From Gemmatimonadota bacterium (GTDB taxonomy: Bacteria; Gemmatimonadota; Gemmatimonadetes; Gemmatimonadales; Gemmatimonadaceae), in NCBI GenBank assembly GCA_027307165.1, contig DAHUXM010000016.1:182874-246873 (forward strand): 64,000 nucleotides of DNA. The letters are read 5' to 3'. Shown piece after piece: positions 8,569 to 17,526 of this stretch (within the stretch, counting starts at the first letter, position 1; each line of letters opens with the position of its first letter). Under the pieces are notes generated by a model that saw only the letters and a list, made by a program, of their open reading frames with translations, ran no database searches and had not been told where the DNA came from. The translations under genes were made by a program, and so were the position numbers.

Positions 8569-10241
8569 TGTGTCGTTCCGGGTTTCACGAATGACCAGTT
8601 GTGTTCGTTGTAATCTGACTCATGAAGCGCGTGCTTGCGTCGCACCTCATCGATGAGGAGTTGACGGATGTCCTGCTGCCTGTCATAGATGACTGGCGCA
8701 CCCCGAAGCATCGAGTAGCCTCCGCCGCCCGTCTGGCGATAATTGCTCAATGCAAGGGTGAACGAGTCGGTCGCAGCAACGGGCTTGCCGCGGTAAGTGA
8801 GCACTGTGACGCGCTCGCCGACCGGGCGACTGACGTCGATCGCGTAATTCACGCCACTGACGACGTCGAAGTTGTAACCAGCGACGGACGTGTCGACAAC
8901 CAGTGACCGGCTTGCCTCGGTCCGGTAGTAGCGACTGCTGAACTCGATGTATTGTTTCAACTGTGCGCCACTGATTCGGATGGCGCGGAGTGTGTTGTCG
9001 TATGGATACAACTGTGCCAGCTGGGCGACCGTGATGCGGCCCGGGCCGAGCCTCGAGTGAAGGTCGAACGCAGCGGTGGACGCGATGTCGGCGTTGGCGG
9101 CGCGCCGCTCCACGTCCAGAATGAAGCCCGTGATGCCGGTCGATACTGCGCGGGCGGAATCAGCGCGCCACGCATCCGGCGTCGAGCCGATCGCGGAGTT
9201 CACAAACCGCACAGTTGCCCGATGCGCGTGTCGTACCGCGGCAACGACGCGTGCGTCCTCCGGATGATCATTGCTCTGGATCACAGCGCCAGTTGCGGCA
9301 GCGCTCGTCCACGTGCGACCCGCGCTGCAGGTCATGGGCAGAGTCACCACCGCGACACTCGTGGCCCAGTTCCTGGGTTGAATCACGAGCGTGTTCCCGA
9401 TCATCCGACCGGGATTCTCACGATGCGAATGTCCGTAGACCACTGCCGCAATTCCCGGTATTTCGGCGGCAACGCGTGCAGCGACGTTCTCGCTCGCGAC
9501 TCCGGTGCTCACGGTGTCGTAACTGGACGGCTCGTCGAGTCCGGAATGCAGCACGACGACGATGACGTCCGCGCCGGCCTTGCGCGCTTCCGCAACTGCA
9601 GCGCGAACCGCTGGCACAATATCTCCGATGTGCATCTTCGCTTTTGCGAGATTGCTCGAATCCCACAGATTCGATCCCGGCGTCGTCGCACCCACGATTC
9701 CGACTCGCACGCCCGCGCGCTCAACGATGGTGAACGATCTGTACGCATGCGGCTGCCCGGCGCGACTCACGTTCGCCGCAAGCATCGGAAACCGTGCATG
9801 GGCAACCGCGCTGTCGAGATAGGCAACGCCGTAGTTGAACTCATGATTCCCGATAGCCGCAGCGTCGTAGCGCATCGAATTCATTGCCGCGACGATTGGA
9901 TTGTGCCCTGTCGTCGATATCCTTGCGGCGACATATGCGAGCGGCGTGCCCTGGAGCATGTCGCCGGCGTCGACGAGGATGACCCTGCCCCGGTTGGCGC
10001 CCCGGACTGAATCAACGATAGTCGCGGCCCGGCCGAGTCCCCTCTGGGCATCTGCGCGGTTCGCGTAGTAGTCCCAACCGCGGATGTGCCCATGCACATC
10101 CGTTGTCGCCGCAACGCGCAGAGTGACCTGGACGGCCGGCTGGCATCCGGTACGCAACGGCCGGCCGCTCAGCAGGGCGACTGGCGCCAGCAGTGCGGCG
10201 GCGCTGCAAAGCAGCAGGCCTCGACAGGCAGGTCCGAACAT
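8565..10241 (-). CDS. secreted bifunctional metallophosphatase/5'-nucleotidase (UshA/CpdB-like)
   Basis: Signal peptide. Calcineurin-like motifs 'TTDVHGH', 'DAGDMLQG', 'GNHEFNYG' and 'HSGL'. C-terminal 5'-nucleotidase substrate-binding region. Confidence 0.85.
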   Translation of the reverse strand: MFGPACRGLLLCSAAALLAPVALLSGRPLRTGCQPAVQVTLRVAATTDVHGHIRGWDYYANRADAQRGLGRAATIVDSVRGANRGRVILVDAGDMLQGTPLAYVAARISTTGHNPIVAAMNSMRYDAAAIGNHEFNYGVAYLDSAVAHARFPMLAANVSRAGQPHAYRSFTIVERAGVRVGIVGATTPGSNLWDSSNLAKAKMHIGDIVPAVRAAVAEARKAGADVIVVVLHSGLDEPSSYDTVSTGVASENVAARVAAEIPGIAAVVYGHSHRENPGRMIGNTLVIQPRNWATSVAVVTLPMTCSAGRTWTSAAATGAVIQSNDHPEDARVVAAVRHAHRATVRFVNSAIGSTPDAWRADSARAVSTGITGFILDVERRAANADIASTAAFDLHSRLGPGRITVAQLAQLYPYDNTLRAIRISGAQLKQYIEFSSRYYRTEASRSLVVDTSVAGYNFDVVSGVNYAIDVSRPVGERVTVLTYRGKPVAATDSFTLALSNYRQTGGGGYSMLRGAPVIYDRQQDIRQLLIDEVRRKHALHESDYNEHNWSFVKPGTTH

Positions 10242-10352
10242 CAGGATAAGTTATCGGGGACGGCAATGGCCCGAAACCGCGGGCCGGCCGGGGTTGATAC
10301 ACCTTCGTGACAGATCCACGCTCCCATCGGTGCCTCCGGGAAGCGAACTTTC

Positions 10353-11093
10353 GTGACGATCATGATGTCTGGAAACGACGACAACGGCGCAGTAACGGAG
10401 CGAATACTGGTCGTCGACGACGAGCCGGATATAGTCGCTCTTGTCGCTTACCATCTCGCCCGCGCGGGCTACGGTGTGTCGACAGCCAGCACGGGACCCG
10501 AGGCACTGGCGAAGGCCCGCGCCGAGTCGCCTGCGCTCATTGTACTCGACCTCATGCTCCCCGGAATGTCGGGATTCGACGTCATCGAGAAACTGCGCGC
10601 GGATCCGGCCACTGCGAACATCGCGGTTCTGATGCTTACCGCGCGACGCGACGAACCCGATCGGGTGCGCGGCCTGGTCCTCGGTGCCGACGACTATCTC
10701 ACCAAGCCGTTCTCACCACAGGAGCTCACGCTCCGCGTTGGTGCGATCCTCAGGCGGATTCGCGCACCAGCGGCGGTACAGAGCGACGTGATCAGGGTGG
10801 GAGCAGTGCGGATCGATCGCGCTGCTCACGAGGTGAGAGTCGATGGCGATCTGATCGATCTCACCCCCACCGAATACAAGCTCCTTCTGACACTGGCGGA
10901 GCGTCGTGGCCGCGTGCTTGCGCGCACCTTGCTGCTGGAAACAGTGTGGGAGGCTGCTCCGGACATACAGACACGCACCGTTGACATGCACGTACAGCGA
11001 CTTCGCACCAAGCTCGGCGCATCCGGTGACATGATCGAAACCGTGCGCGGCTTTGGCTATCGAATCAATGCGGCGCCGCCGAGGAGCTTGTGA
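10353..11093 (+). CDS. phoB: OmpR/PhoB-family response regulator
   Basis: Receiver domain ('ILVVDDEPDI', 'LDLMLPGMSGF', 'LTAR') plus a winged-helix domain ('LTPTEYKLLLTL', 'RTVDMHVQRLRTKL', 'GFGYR'). The pstS context supports a PhoB role. The start is ambiguous (GTG 10353, ATG 10362 or ATG 10365). Confidence 0.85.
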   Translation: MTIMMSGNDDNGAVTERILVVDDEPDIVALVAYHLARAGYGVSTASTGPEALAKARAESPALIVLDLMLPGMSGFDVIEKLRADPATANIAVLMLTARRDEPDRVRGLVLGADDYLTKPFSPQELTLRVGAILRRIRAPAAVQSDVIRVGAVRIDRAAHEVRVDGDLIDLTPTEYKLLLTLAERRGRVLARTLLLETVWEAAPDIQTRTVDMHVQRLRTKLGASGDMIETVRGFGYRINAAPPRSL

Positions 11094-12808
11094 GGCTCGC
11101 CAATCGCATACTGCTTTCGTCACTCGCAATAATCATCGCGCTGACGTTGACGGTCGCGTTCATCATGGATGGGCAGCTTCACAGGCGTCTCACGGCCGAG
11201 CGTACGGATGAGCTCGCGCGCGAGGCTCAGTTCGTGGCGTCGCAATGGACGCCAAGCGTCAGCGCACCGGATCTGGCTCACGCTGCGGGAAGAACGCTGG
11301 GCCATCGGGTTACGCTCATCCGTCGCGATGGAGTCGTGCTCGGAGACTCGCAGTTCGACTCGGCGGGCGTCGCCGGCCTGCAGAACCACTCGGGAAGACC
11401 GGAAGTGATCGCGGCCTTCGCTGGCCGGATCGGTACGTCACGCCGGCTCAGTCCGTCGGAAGGAGACGACGAGGTGTACGTGGCGGTACCCGCGCAACTG
11501 GGTGCGGCTCGCGTCTCACAGAGCACGGCGTCGTTCGACGCGATATTCAACACGGCGCTGGGCGATGTAGCATTCGCCGGTGCGGCTGCTGCCGCCATCG
11601 CGCTGTTGCTCGCGGTCGTATTCGCCCGAACCGTGTCGCGCCCCGTAGTGGAATTGCGCGATGTCGCACGCGCCATCGCCGAGGGCGACCTGTCGCGCCG
11701 GCCATCGATGTCAGCTCCGGGCGAGGTTGGCGATCTGGCGCGCGCACTGTACAGTCTGTCGGAGCAGCTGGGCGCGCGTCTCAGGGCGTTGCAGGATGAC
11801 GAGGCTCTGGTATCGGCCGTCGTGGAGTCGCTCAGTGAAGGGGTACTCGCAGTCAGCGCTCGCCGTTCCGTGTTACGCATCAATACCGCCGCGCGCGGAA
11901 TGCTCGGCGTTCATGAGCAGGTACCGTTCTCGGTGGATCACATACCGCGTGAGCGAGAGCTGCACGCAGCACTCGAGAGCGCACTGAGCGGCGTACCGTC
12001 CGACGCTGAACCCATGGAGGTCTCGGGACGGATGGTGGCGGTGGCGGCACGCCCGTTACCCGGCGGCGGCGCGGTACTCGCCCTCACGGACCTTACCAGG
12101 ACGCGGCGACTGGAAGCAATGCGGCGGGATTTCGTCGCGAACGTGTCGCACGAGCTGCGCACGCCTCTCACTGTCATCGGCGGATTCGCCGAGACGCTCG
12201 GCGAGCCCGGCGTGGAAGAGGATGATCGCATCAGATTCGCATCGTTGATACAATCCAACACTGCGCGCATGCAACGCATCGTGGACGAGCTGCTGGACCT
12301 GTCGCGCATCGAGTCTGGCGGTTGGGTACCGCGGCCGGTGAACGTGGACGTCGCTGCCGTCGCTGCGGAAGCGATCGCCTCCAGCGCCGAAGTCGCTGCG
12401 GCCAATGACGTCATAACGGAAGCACAGGTATCGAACGATGCACGCTGGGTGTATGCGGATCGCACGGCGTTGCGTCAGGTAATCTCCAACCTCGTCGAGA
12501 ATGCCGTCCGCCATACATCACATGGAACGGTCACGGTGTTCGCACATCGCGAGGACGGCGGATACACCGTAGTCGGCGTGAGGGACTCCGGAGTCGGGAT
12601 TGCACCCGCGCATCTGCCGCGCATCTTCGAACGGTTCTACCGCGCGGACCAGGCGCGTTCGCGCGACAAGGGTGGGACCGGGCTCGGACTGGCGATCGTG
12701 AAGCATCTCGTGGAGGCACACGGAGGAACGGTGCGTGCCGAGAGTGTGCTCGGGCGGGGCACAACCGTGAGCGCCTCGTTTCCGGCCGCCGTGTCGACAC
12801 CGCGGTAG
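11090..12808 (+). CDS. phoR: sensor histidine kinase (PhoR-like)
   Basis: TM helices, HAMP and PAS-like regions, H-box 'SHELRTPLT', N/G boxes 'NLVENAVRHT', 'DSGVGI' and 'GTGLGLAIVK'. GTGA overlap with phoB. Confidence 0.85.
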   Translation: MRLANRILLSSLAIIIALTLTVAFIMDGQLHRRLTAERTDELAREAQFVASQWTPSVSAPDLAHAAGRTLGHRVTLIRRDGVVLGDSQFDSAGVAGLQNHSGRPEVIAAFAGRIGTSRRLSPSEGDDEVYVAVPAQLGAARVSQSTASFDAIFNTALGDVAFAGAAAAAIALLLAVVFARTVSRPVVELRDVARAIAEGDLSRRPSMSAPGEVGDLARALYSLSEQLGARLRALQDDEALVSAVVESLSEGVLAVSARRSVLRINTAARGMLGVHEQVPFSVDHIPRERELHAALESALSGVPSDAEPMEVSGRMVAVAARPLPGGGAVLALTDLTRTRRLEAMRRDFVANVSHELRTPLTVIGGFAETLGEPGVEEDDRIRFASLIQSNTARMQRIVDELLDLSRIESGGWVPRPVNVDVAAVAAEAIASSAEVAAANDVITEAQVSNDARWVYADRTALRQVISNLVENAVRHTSHGTVTVFAHREDGGYTVVGVRDSGVGIAPAHLPRIFERFYRADQARSRDKGGTGLGLAIVKHLVEAHGGTVRAESVLGRGTTVSASFPAAVSTPR

Positions 12809-12824
12809 ACATGATGGATCAGCC

Positions 12825-12840
12825 GTGACATAGCCGTTAC
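12825..12840 (+). promoter_or_regulatory. candidate Pho box (GTGACA-N5-GTTAC direct repeat, 11-bp period)
   Basis: GTGACATAGCCGTTAC lies upstream of pstS. It is 14/16 identical to GTGACAATGCCGTTAC upstream of pstC (23124..23139). Confidence 0.4.
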
Positions 12841-12913
12841 GGAACCGCGGTGAATTCCGTGATGTGCGAGAGTGACTATTAGACGTTGTTCAAACCCTCT
12901 CACGGAGTACCCT

Positions 12914-13954
12914 GTGATTCGACCTGTTCGTATTGCGGCACTGACTGCGGTGATGTCAGGCGCATGCATCTCGATGGCGTGCGCGCAAGCAACCAACCTC
13001 ACTGGCGCCGGATCGAGCTTCGCGTACCCGATCTACTCCAAGTGGGCCGCCATGTACGCGGCGAAGACTGGAGTGAAGATCAACTACCAGTCGATCGGCT
13101 CGAGCGGCGGTATCCGTCAGCTGTCCGACGAGATCGTCGATTTCGGCGCAACCGACGGGCCGATGACCAACGAGCAGCTCGCGAAGGCGAAGGGTGGCGC
13201 GATCCTGCACTTCCCGACGGTTCTGGGTGGTGTCGCGGTGACCTACAATCTTCCGGGCGTGACGCAGCCGCTCAAGCTCACCGGACCGGTACTGGCCGAC
13301 ATCTTCATGGGCGGCATCACGAAGTGGAACGACTCCCGCGTCGCGGCGCTCAATCCCGGTGTGAAGCTTCCATCGACTGACGTGATCGTCGTACACCGCG
13401 CCGATGGCAGCGGCACGACGTTCATCTTCAGCGATTATCTCGCAACCGTCAGCACGCCATGGGCGGCCAAGGTGGGTCGAGGACAGAGCCTCAACTGGCC
13501 AGTGGGACTTGGCGGCAAGGGCAGCGAAGGCGTTACGGGTCAGGTCAAACAGCTTCCAGGCGCAGTCGGTTACGTCGAGCTGTCGTACGCAAAGCAAAAC
13601 AAGCTTCCGGTTGCGTTGATCAGGAATGCAGCTGGTGAGTGGGTTGCCCCGACGCTGCAATCGGTTACCGCAGCCGCGGCTGGAGCGGCGGCAAAGATTC
13701 CCGCGAATACCGATTACCGCATCTCGATCGTGAACGCGCCAGGCAAGGGTGCGTATCCGATCTCTTCGTTCACATGGATCCTCGTTTACGAGCACCCCAA
13801 GGATGCTGCAAAGGGAAAGGCACTAACCAACTTCCTGCGTTGGGCATACACGAACGGCGAGGCAGTTGCAGGATCGCTCGACTACGCACCACTGCCGGCA
13901 ACGATGGTTCGTCGGCTTGACGCACGTCTAACCGCGCTCGGAGCGGGCAAGTAA
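12914..13954 (+). CDS. pstS: phosphate ABC transporter substrate-binding protein PstS
   Basis: Signal peptide followed by 'GAGSSFAYPIYSKW' and 'YQSIGSGGGI', typical of PstS. The ORF opens at 12872. I prefer GTG 12914, which has GGAG 7 nt upstream. Confidence 0.9.
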   Translation: MIRPVRIAALTAVMSGACISMACAQATNLTGAGSSFAYPIYSKWAAMYAAKTGVKINYQSIGSSGGIRQLSDEIVDFGATDGPMTNEQLAKAKGGAILHFPTVLGGVAVTYNLPGVTQPLKLTGPVLADIFMGGITKWNDSRVAALNPGVKLPSTDVIVVHRADGSGTTFIFSDYLATVSTPWAAKVGRGQSLNWPVGLGGKGSEGVTGQVKQLPGAVGYVELSYAKQNKLPVALIRNAAGEWVAPTLQSVTAAAAGAAAKIPANTDYRISIVNAPGKGAYPISSFTWILVYEHPKDAAKGKALTNFLRWAYTNGEAVAGSLDYAPLPATMVRRLDARLTALGAGK

Positions 13955-13956
13955 CC

Positions 13957-15123
13957 ATGCGGATATCCGCCTTGCTACTCGCAGTCGGCGTGTTGCTCCC
14001 GCCGACGCTGAAGGCTCAGGACTCGACTCGGGCCGATACCACCAAAACCGTTACGAAGGTAACAATTCCGATCGACTTCTCCGGTGTCGTATTCGGGAAC
14101 TACCAGTATCAGGCCGCTGCCGGCCCGAACAAGAACCAGAACAAGTTCGACGTCGAGCGCGCCTATCTCACGTTCAAGATGCCGGCCGGCGATCGTGCCA
14201 GCATCCGCGTAACGGGCGATCTGTACCAGCAGACCGCCTCCGGCAGCGATTCGTACTACAAGGGCTGGGTGCTGCGCGCCAAGTACGCATACCTGCAGTA
14301 CGATTTTCTCAAGCCGAAGAAAAGCGGCGACTGGGGTTTCACCAGCAGGATCGGTCTCCTTCACACGATGTTCATCGACCACGAGGAAAACTTCTGGCCG
14401 CGCTGGCTGTCGCTGACTCCGGTCGAGCGCGCTGGCTACTTCTCGTCCGCAGATGCGGGAATCGCCGGAATCGTTACGCTACCGAGCAAATTGGGCGAAG
14501 CATATCTCGCCGTGACCAACGGATCCGGATACGCATCGCGTGAGACTGACAGGTTCAAGGACTATCAGGCGCGCCTCACGATCACCCCTCTCGGCAACAG
14601 CGACATGTCGTATCTCCGTACACTCGCGATCGACGGCTGGGTGTATCGCGGCGATCTCGCCAGCAAGTTCGTGAACGGCGGGAGCGGTCAGCTCGGTCCG
14701 ATAGGTACCGGACTGGAACGCAACCGATACGGCGGCTTCGTCGGAATTCGCGATCCGCGTCTCGTGCTCGGTGTCGACTACGCGCAACGGCAGGACGGAA
14801 TGGACACTGGTGCGAACACCGCTGCCTCTCCCGCCGGCATCGCCGACAGCACAGGACGTCTCGTCGCGGGCTACGTCGTCGCCAAGCCTTTCAGGATGAT
14901 CGACTCGAAATCGACGATACCTCTCGGCATCGTGTTGAGATACGACCAGGTAACGCCAAACACGTCCACCAGTCCCAAGATCAACACGTTCATCGGCGGG
15001 CTGAGCTGGGATCTGACATCCAAGACTTCGATATCGCTCGACTATCAGGAAGCGACACCGGCTAACGGCGCGCCTGTCGCTCCTACCAAGACCTACTACA
15101 TGCACTGGGTTGCGAACTTCTGA
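13957..15123 (+). CDS. outer-membrane porin, putatively phosphate-related by context
   Basis: Signal peptide 'LLPPTLKAQD', alternating beta-strand pattern and a C-terminal aromatic 'HWVANF'. It starts 3 nt after the pstS stop. Confidence 0.65.
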   Translation: MRISALLLAVGVLLPPTLKAQDSTRADTTKTVTKVTIPIDFSGVVFGNYQYQAAAGPNKNQNKFDVERAYLTFKMPAGDRASIRVTGDLYQQTASGSDSYYKGWVLRAKYAYLQYDFLKPKKSGDWGFTSRIGLLHTMFIDHEENFWPRWLSLTPVERAGYFSSADAGIAGIVTLPSKLGEAYLAVTNGSGYASRETDRFKDYQARLTITPLGNSDMSYLRTLAIDGWVYRGDLASKFVNGGSGQLGPIGTGLERNRYGGFVGIRDPRLVLGVDYAQRQDGMDTGANTAASPAGIADSTGRLVAGYVVAKPFRMIDSKSTIPLGIVLRYDQVTPNTSTSPKINTFIGGLSWDLTSKTSISLDYQEATPANGAPVAPTKTYYMHWVANF

Positions 15124-15192
15124 CGACGAACGTCATGACGCACCGTTCCTTACGTTCCTTACGCTCATTGCGATAAGTTGACAGACTGAACC

Positions 15193-15230
15193 ATACCGGC
15201 GGCGCGGCATCGCGCTGCCGGTATTTTTTT
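15193..15230 (+). terminator. rho-independent terminator after the pstS-porin unit
   Basis: ataccggcggcgcg / cgcgctgccggtat stem followed by a T7 run. Confidence 0.75.
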
Positions 15231-15381
15231 ACTGCGCGCCAGCGACGGAGTTCTTCGACCTCCCCGCCTGCCGGCAGCCGGACATCGGTCGTTTGCTGGC
15301 CGCCGAGGCGGACGGGGGCGCTATCCGATGTCGGTCTCGCCTCAGCGGTGGTATGATTCGTGACTCCAACCATCCACGCGC

Positions 15382-16566
15382 ATGAACCCAACCAGCTCAA
15401 CCGGCAGAGTGCTCGGCGTCTGCCTCGCAGTCCTGTCAGCCACCGGCCTGCTGAATGCACAGGAACCCCGAGTTCGCGCACGAGCGCTTGGCGTCGCACC
15501 AGGCATATTCGCGCCGGGAAAGCTGAACGCGATCACCGACGTCGGCGGCGTGCTTGTCGGACAGTCGACAGTGATCGCTGGCGATTCGGTACACACAGGC
15601 GTGACGGCGATTCTTCCGCACAGCGGCAACATGTTCTTCGATCGCGTTCCGGCAGCCGTATTCGTCGGGAACGCGTTCGGCAAGCTGGTCGGCGCCACGC
15701 AGCTCAAGGAGCTGGGCGAGCTGGAGACACCGATCCTGCTGACGTGCACGCTGTGTGTGTGGCGTGCGGCCGATGCACTCACGGCTGAACTCGTGAGCAT
15801 GCCCGGCATGGAGAACGTGAGATCGATCAATCCGGTCGTTGGCGAGACGAACGACGGAACGTTGAACGCGATCCGATCGCGGCCGATCTCTCCGGCAGAC
15901 GTTCACCATGCACTTGCATCCGCGAGTAGCGGACCTGTCGCTGAAGGGAGCGTGGGCGCGGGTGCGGGGACTATCGTATTCCAGTGGAAGGGCGGCATCG
16001 GCACGTCGTCACGCGTACTTCCCGCGCCGCTCGGCGGCTGGACCGTGGGCGTGCTCGTTCAGACCAACTTCGGCGGAGTGCTCCAGGTCATGGGTGCGCC
16101 GGTTGGCCGCGAGCTCGGGAAGTACGCGTACAAAGACGACGTCGAGCATCAGCGCGGCGATGGATCCGTGATGATAGTTGTCGCAACCGACGCGCCGCTT
16201 TCGGACCGCAACCTCGAGCGCCTCGCGGCGCGCGCGATGATGGGAATCGCCCGCACGGGGTCGAGCGCCTCGAACGGATCAGGCGACTACGTGATCGCCT
16301 TCTCCACCGCGGAAGGAGTGCGTCGGCGGATCGGCCAGTCGAGCGGAAGCTTGCAGGATCGGAAGCCCGTGCTGCGAAGCACCCAGGACGTATCGAACGA
16401 CGACATGTCGCCACTGTTCGAAGCGGTGATAGAATCCACGGAAGAAGCGGTTTACAACTCGCTGTTCATGGCGACATCGGTGACAAGCGAAGGGCGAACC
16501 GTCGACGCTATACCGCTGGATCGCGTGCGCGAGATACTGGCGAAATACAACGTCGGAAAGAGATAG
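15382..16566 (+). CDS. P1/S58 (DmpA-like) aminopeptidase family protein
   Basis: Signal peptide. 'NAITDVGGVLVGQ' and 'GAGAGTIVFQWKGGIGTSSR' are characteristic of DmpA/BapA-type Ntn peptidases. Confidence 0.8.
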   Translation: MNPTSSTGRVLGVCLAVLSATGLLNAQEPRVRARALGVAPGIFAPGKLNAITDVGGVLVGQSTVIAGDSVHTGVTAILPHSGNMFFDRVPAAVFVGNAFGKLVGATQLKELGELETPILLTCTLCVWRAADALTAELVSMPGMENVRSINPVVGETNDGTLNAIRSRPISPADVHHALASASSGPVAEGSVGAGAGTIVFQWKGGIGTSSRVLPAPLGGWTVGVLVQTNFGGVLQVMGAPVGRELGKYAYKDDVEHQRGDGSVMIVVATDAPLSDRNLERLAARAMMGIARTGSSASNGSGDYVIAFSTAEGVRRRIGQSSGSLQDRKPVLRSTQDVSNDDMSPLFEAVIESTEEAVYNSLFMATSVTSEGRTVDAIPLDRVREILAKYNVGKR

Positions 16567-16587
16567 CACGCTGCGCCGCGGTTAACT

Positions 16588-17385
16588 TTGCGTATGGTCT
16601 TTGGCTTTGGCACCAAGCGGCGGCGGGAGCGTCTTCGCAACCAGCCGTTCCCGCAAGCATGGCGCGCCATCGTAGAGCGAAATCTTCCGGTATTCCGCCG
16701 CCTTCCGGCCGCGGATCAGACCGAGCTGCTCGGCCACGTGCAGGTATTTCTCGCCGAGAAGCACTTCGAGGCGAGCGGCGGACTCGAGATGTCGGACGAG
16801 ATCCGCGTGACGATCGCCGCGCAGGCGTGCGTGCTGCTGCTGCATCGCGAGACCGACTACTATCCCGAGCTCACGTCGATAATCGTGTATCCCTCGGGAT
16901 ACACCGCGTACGAGCAACGTCCAATCGGTGGCTGGATCTGGGAGGAAGGCGGACAGGAACGACTGGGGCACACCGCGCGTGAGCTGCGTGCGATGGTGCT
17001 GGCGTGGGACGCCGCGAAGCAGGGCGCGGCCGATCCAGGCGATGGAAGGAACCTCGTCCTCCACGAATTCGCGCATCAGCTGGATTTCGAGAATCTCGTC
17101 GCCGATGGAACTCCGGAACTGCAGACGAAAGGGGCGTACGTCGCATGGGCGCGCGTGATGAGCGCTGAACTCCGGGCGTTGCGCCATGCCGACGACGCCG
17201 GCCTTCCGACCGTTCTGGACACGTACGGGGCGACGAATCCCGCCGAATTCTTCGCTGTCGCCACCGAAGCGTTCTTCGAGCTGCCGCTGGCATTGCAGGA
17301 CCGGCACCCCGAGCTGTTCCGGGAGCTTCGCGAATTCTATCGTCAGGATCCAACCACGTACTCCACGGAGACGCAACCCGGCTGA
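16588..17385 (+). CDS. mtfA: M90 (MtfA-like) zinc peptidase
   Basis: 'HEFAHQLD' HExxH motif with a downstream 'NPAEFFAVATEAFFE', typical of the MtfA/M90 family. Confidence 0.8.
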   Translation: MRMVFGFGTKRRRERLRNQPFPQAWRAIVERNLPVFRRLPAADQTELLGHVQVFLAEKHFEASGGLEMSDEIRVTIAAQACVLLLHRETDYYPELTSIIVYPSGYTAYEQRPIGGWIWEEGGQERLGHTARELRAMVLAWDAAKQGAADPGDGRNLVLHEFAHQLDFENLVADGTPELQTKGAYVAWARVMSAELRALRHADDAGLPTVLDTYGATNPAEFFAVATEAFFELPLALQDRHPELFRELREFYRQDPTTYSTETQPG

Positions 17386-17526
17386 GCTCGGGCAACCGCA
17401 ACGGGGGGGAGAACCGCGCCGCCGCGGCTGCCATAGGGGTGGCAATTCCGGCGCACCGCGGGCGGGCCTCGCCGAACCGGGGATGGGGCAGAAACCCGCG
17501 TCTGGCGCATCCTTGCGCTTTGCGTC

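Noticed and set aside
10242-10352. Pho box in the divergent 5'-nucleotidase / phoB intergenic region.
   Set aside because: Only a single GTGACA half-site is present (near 10306), with no GTTAC partner 11 bp away. That is insufficient evidence.
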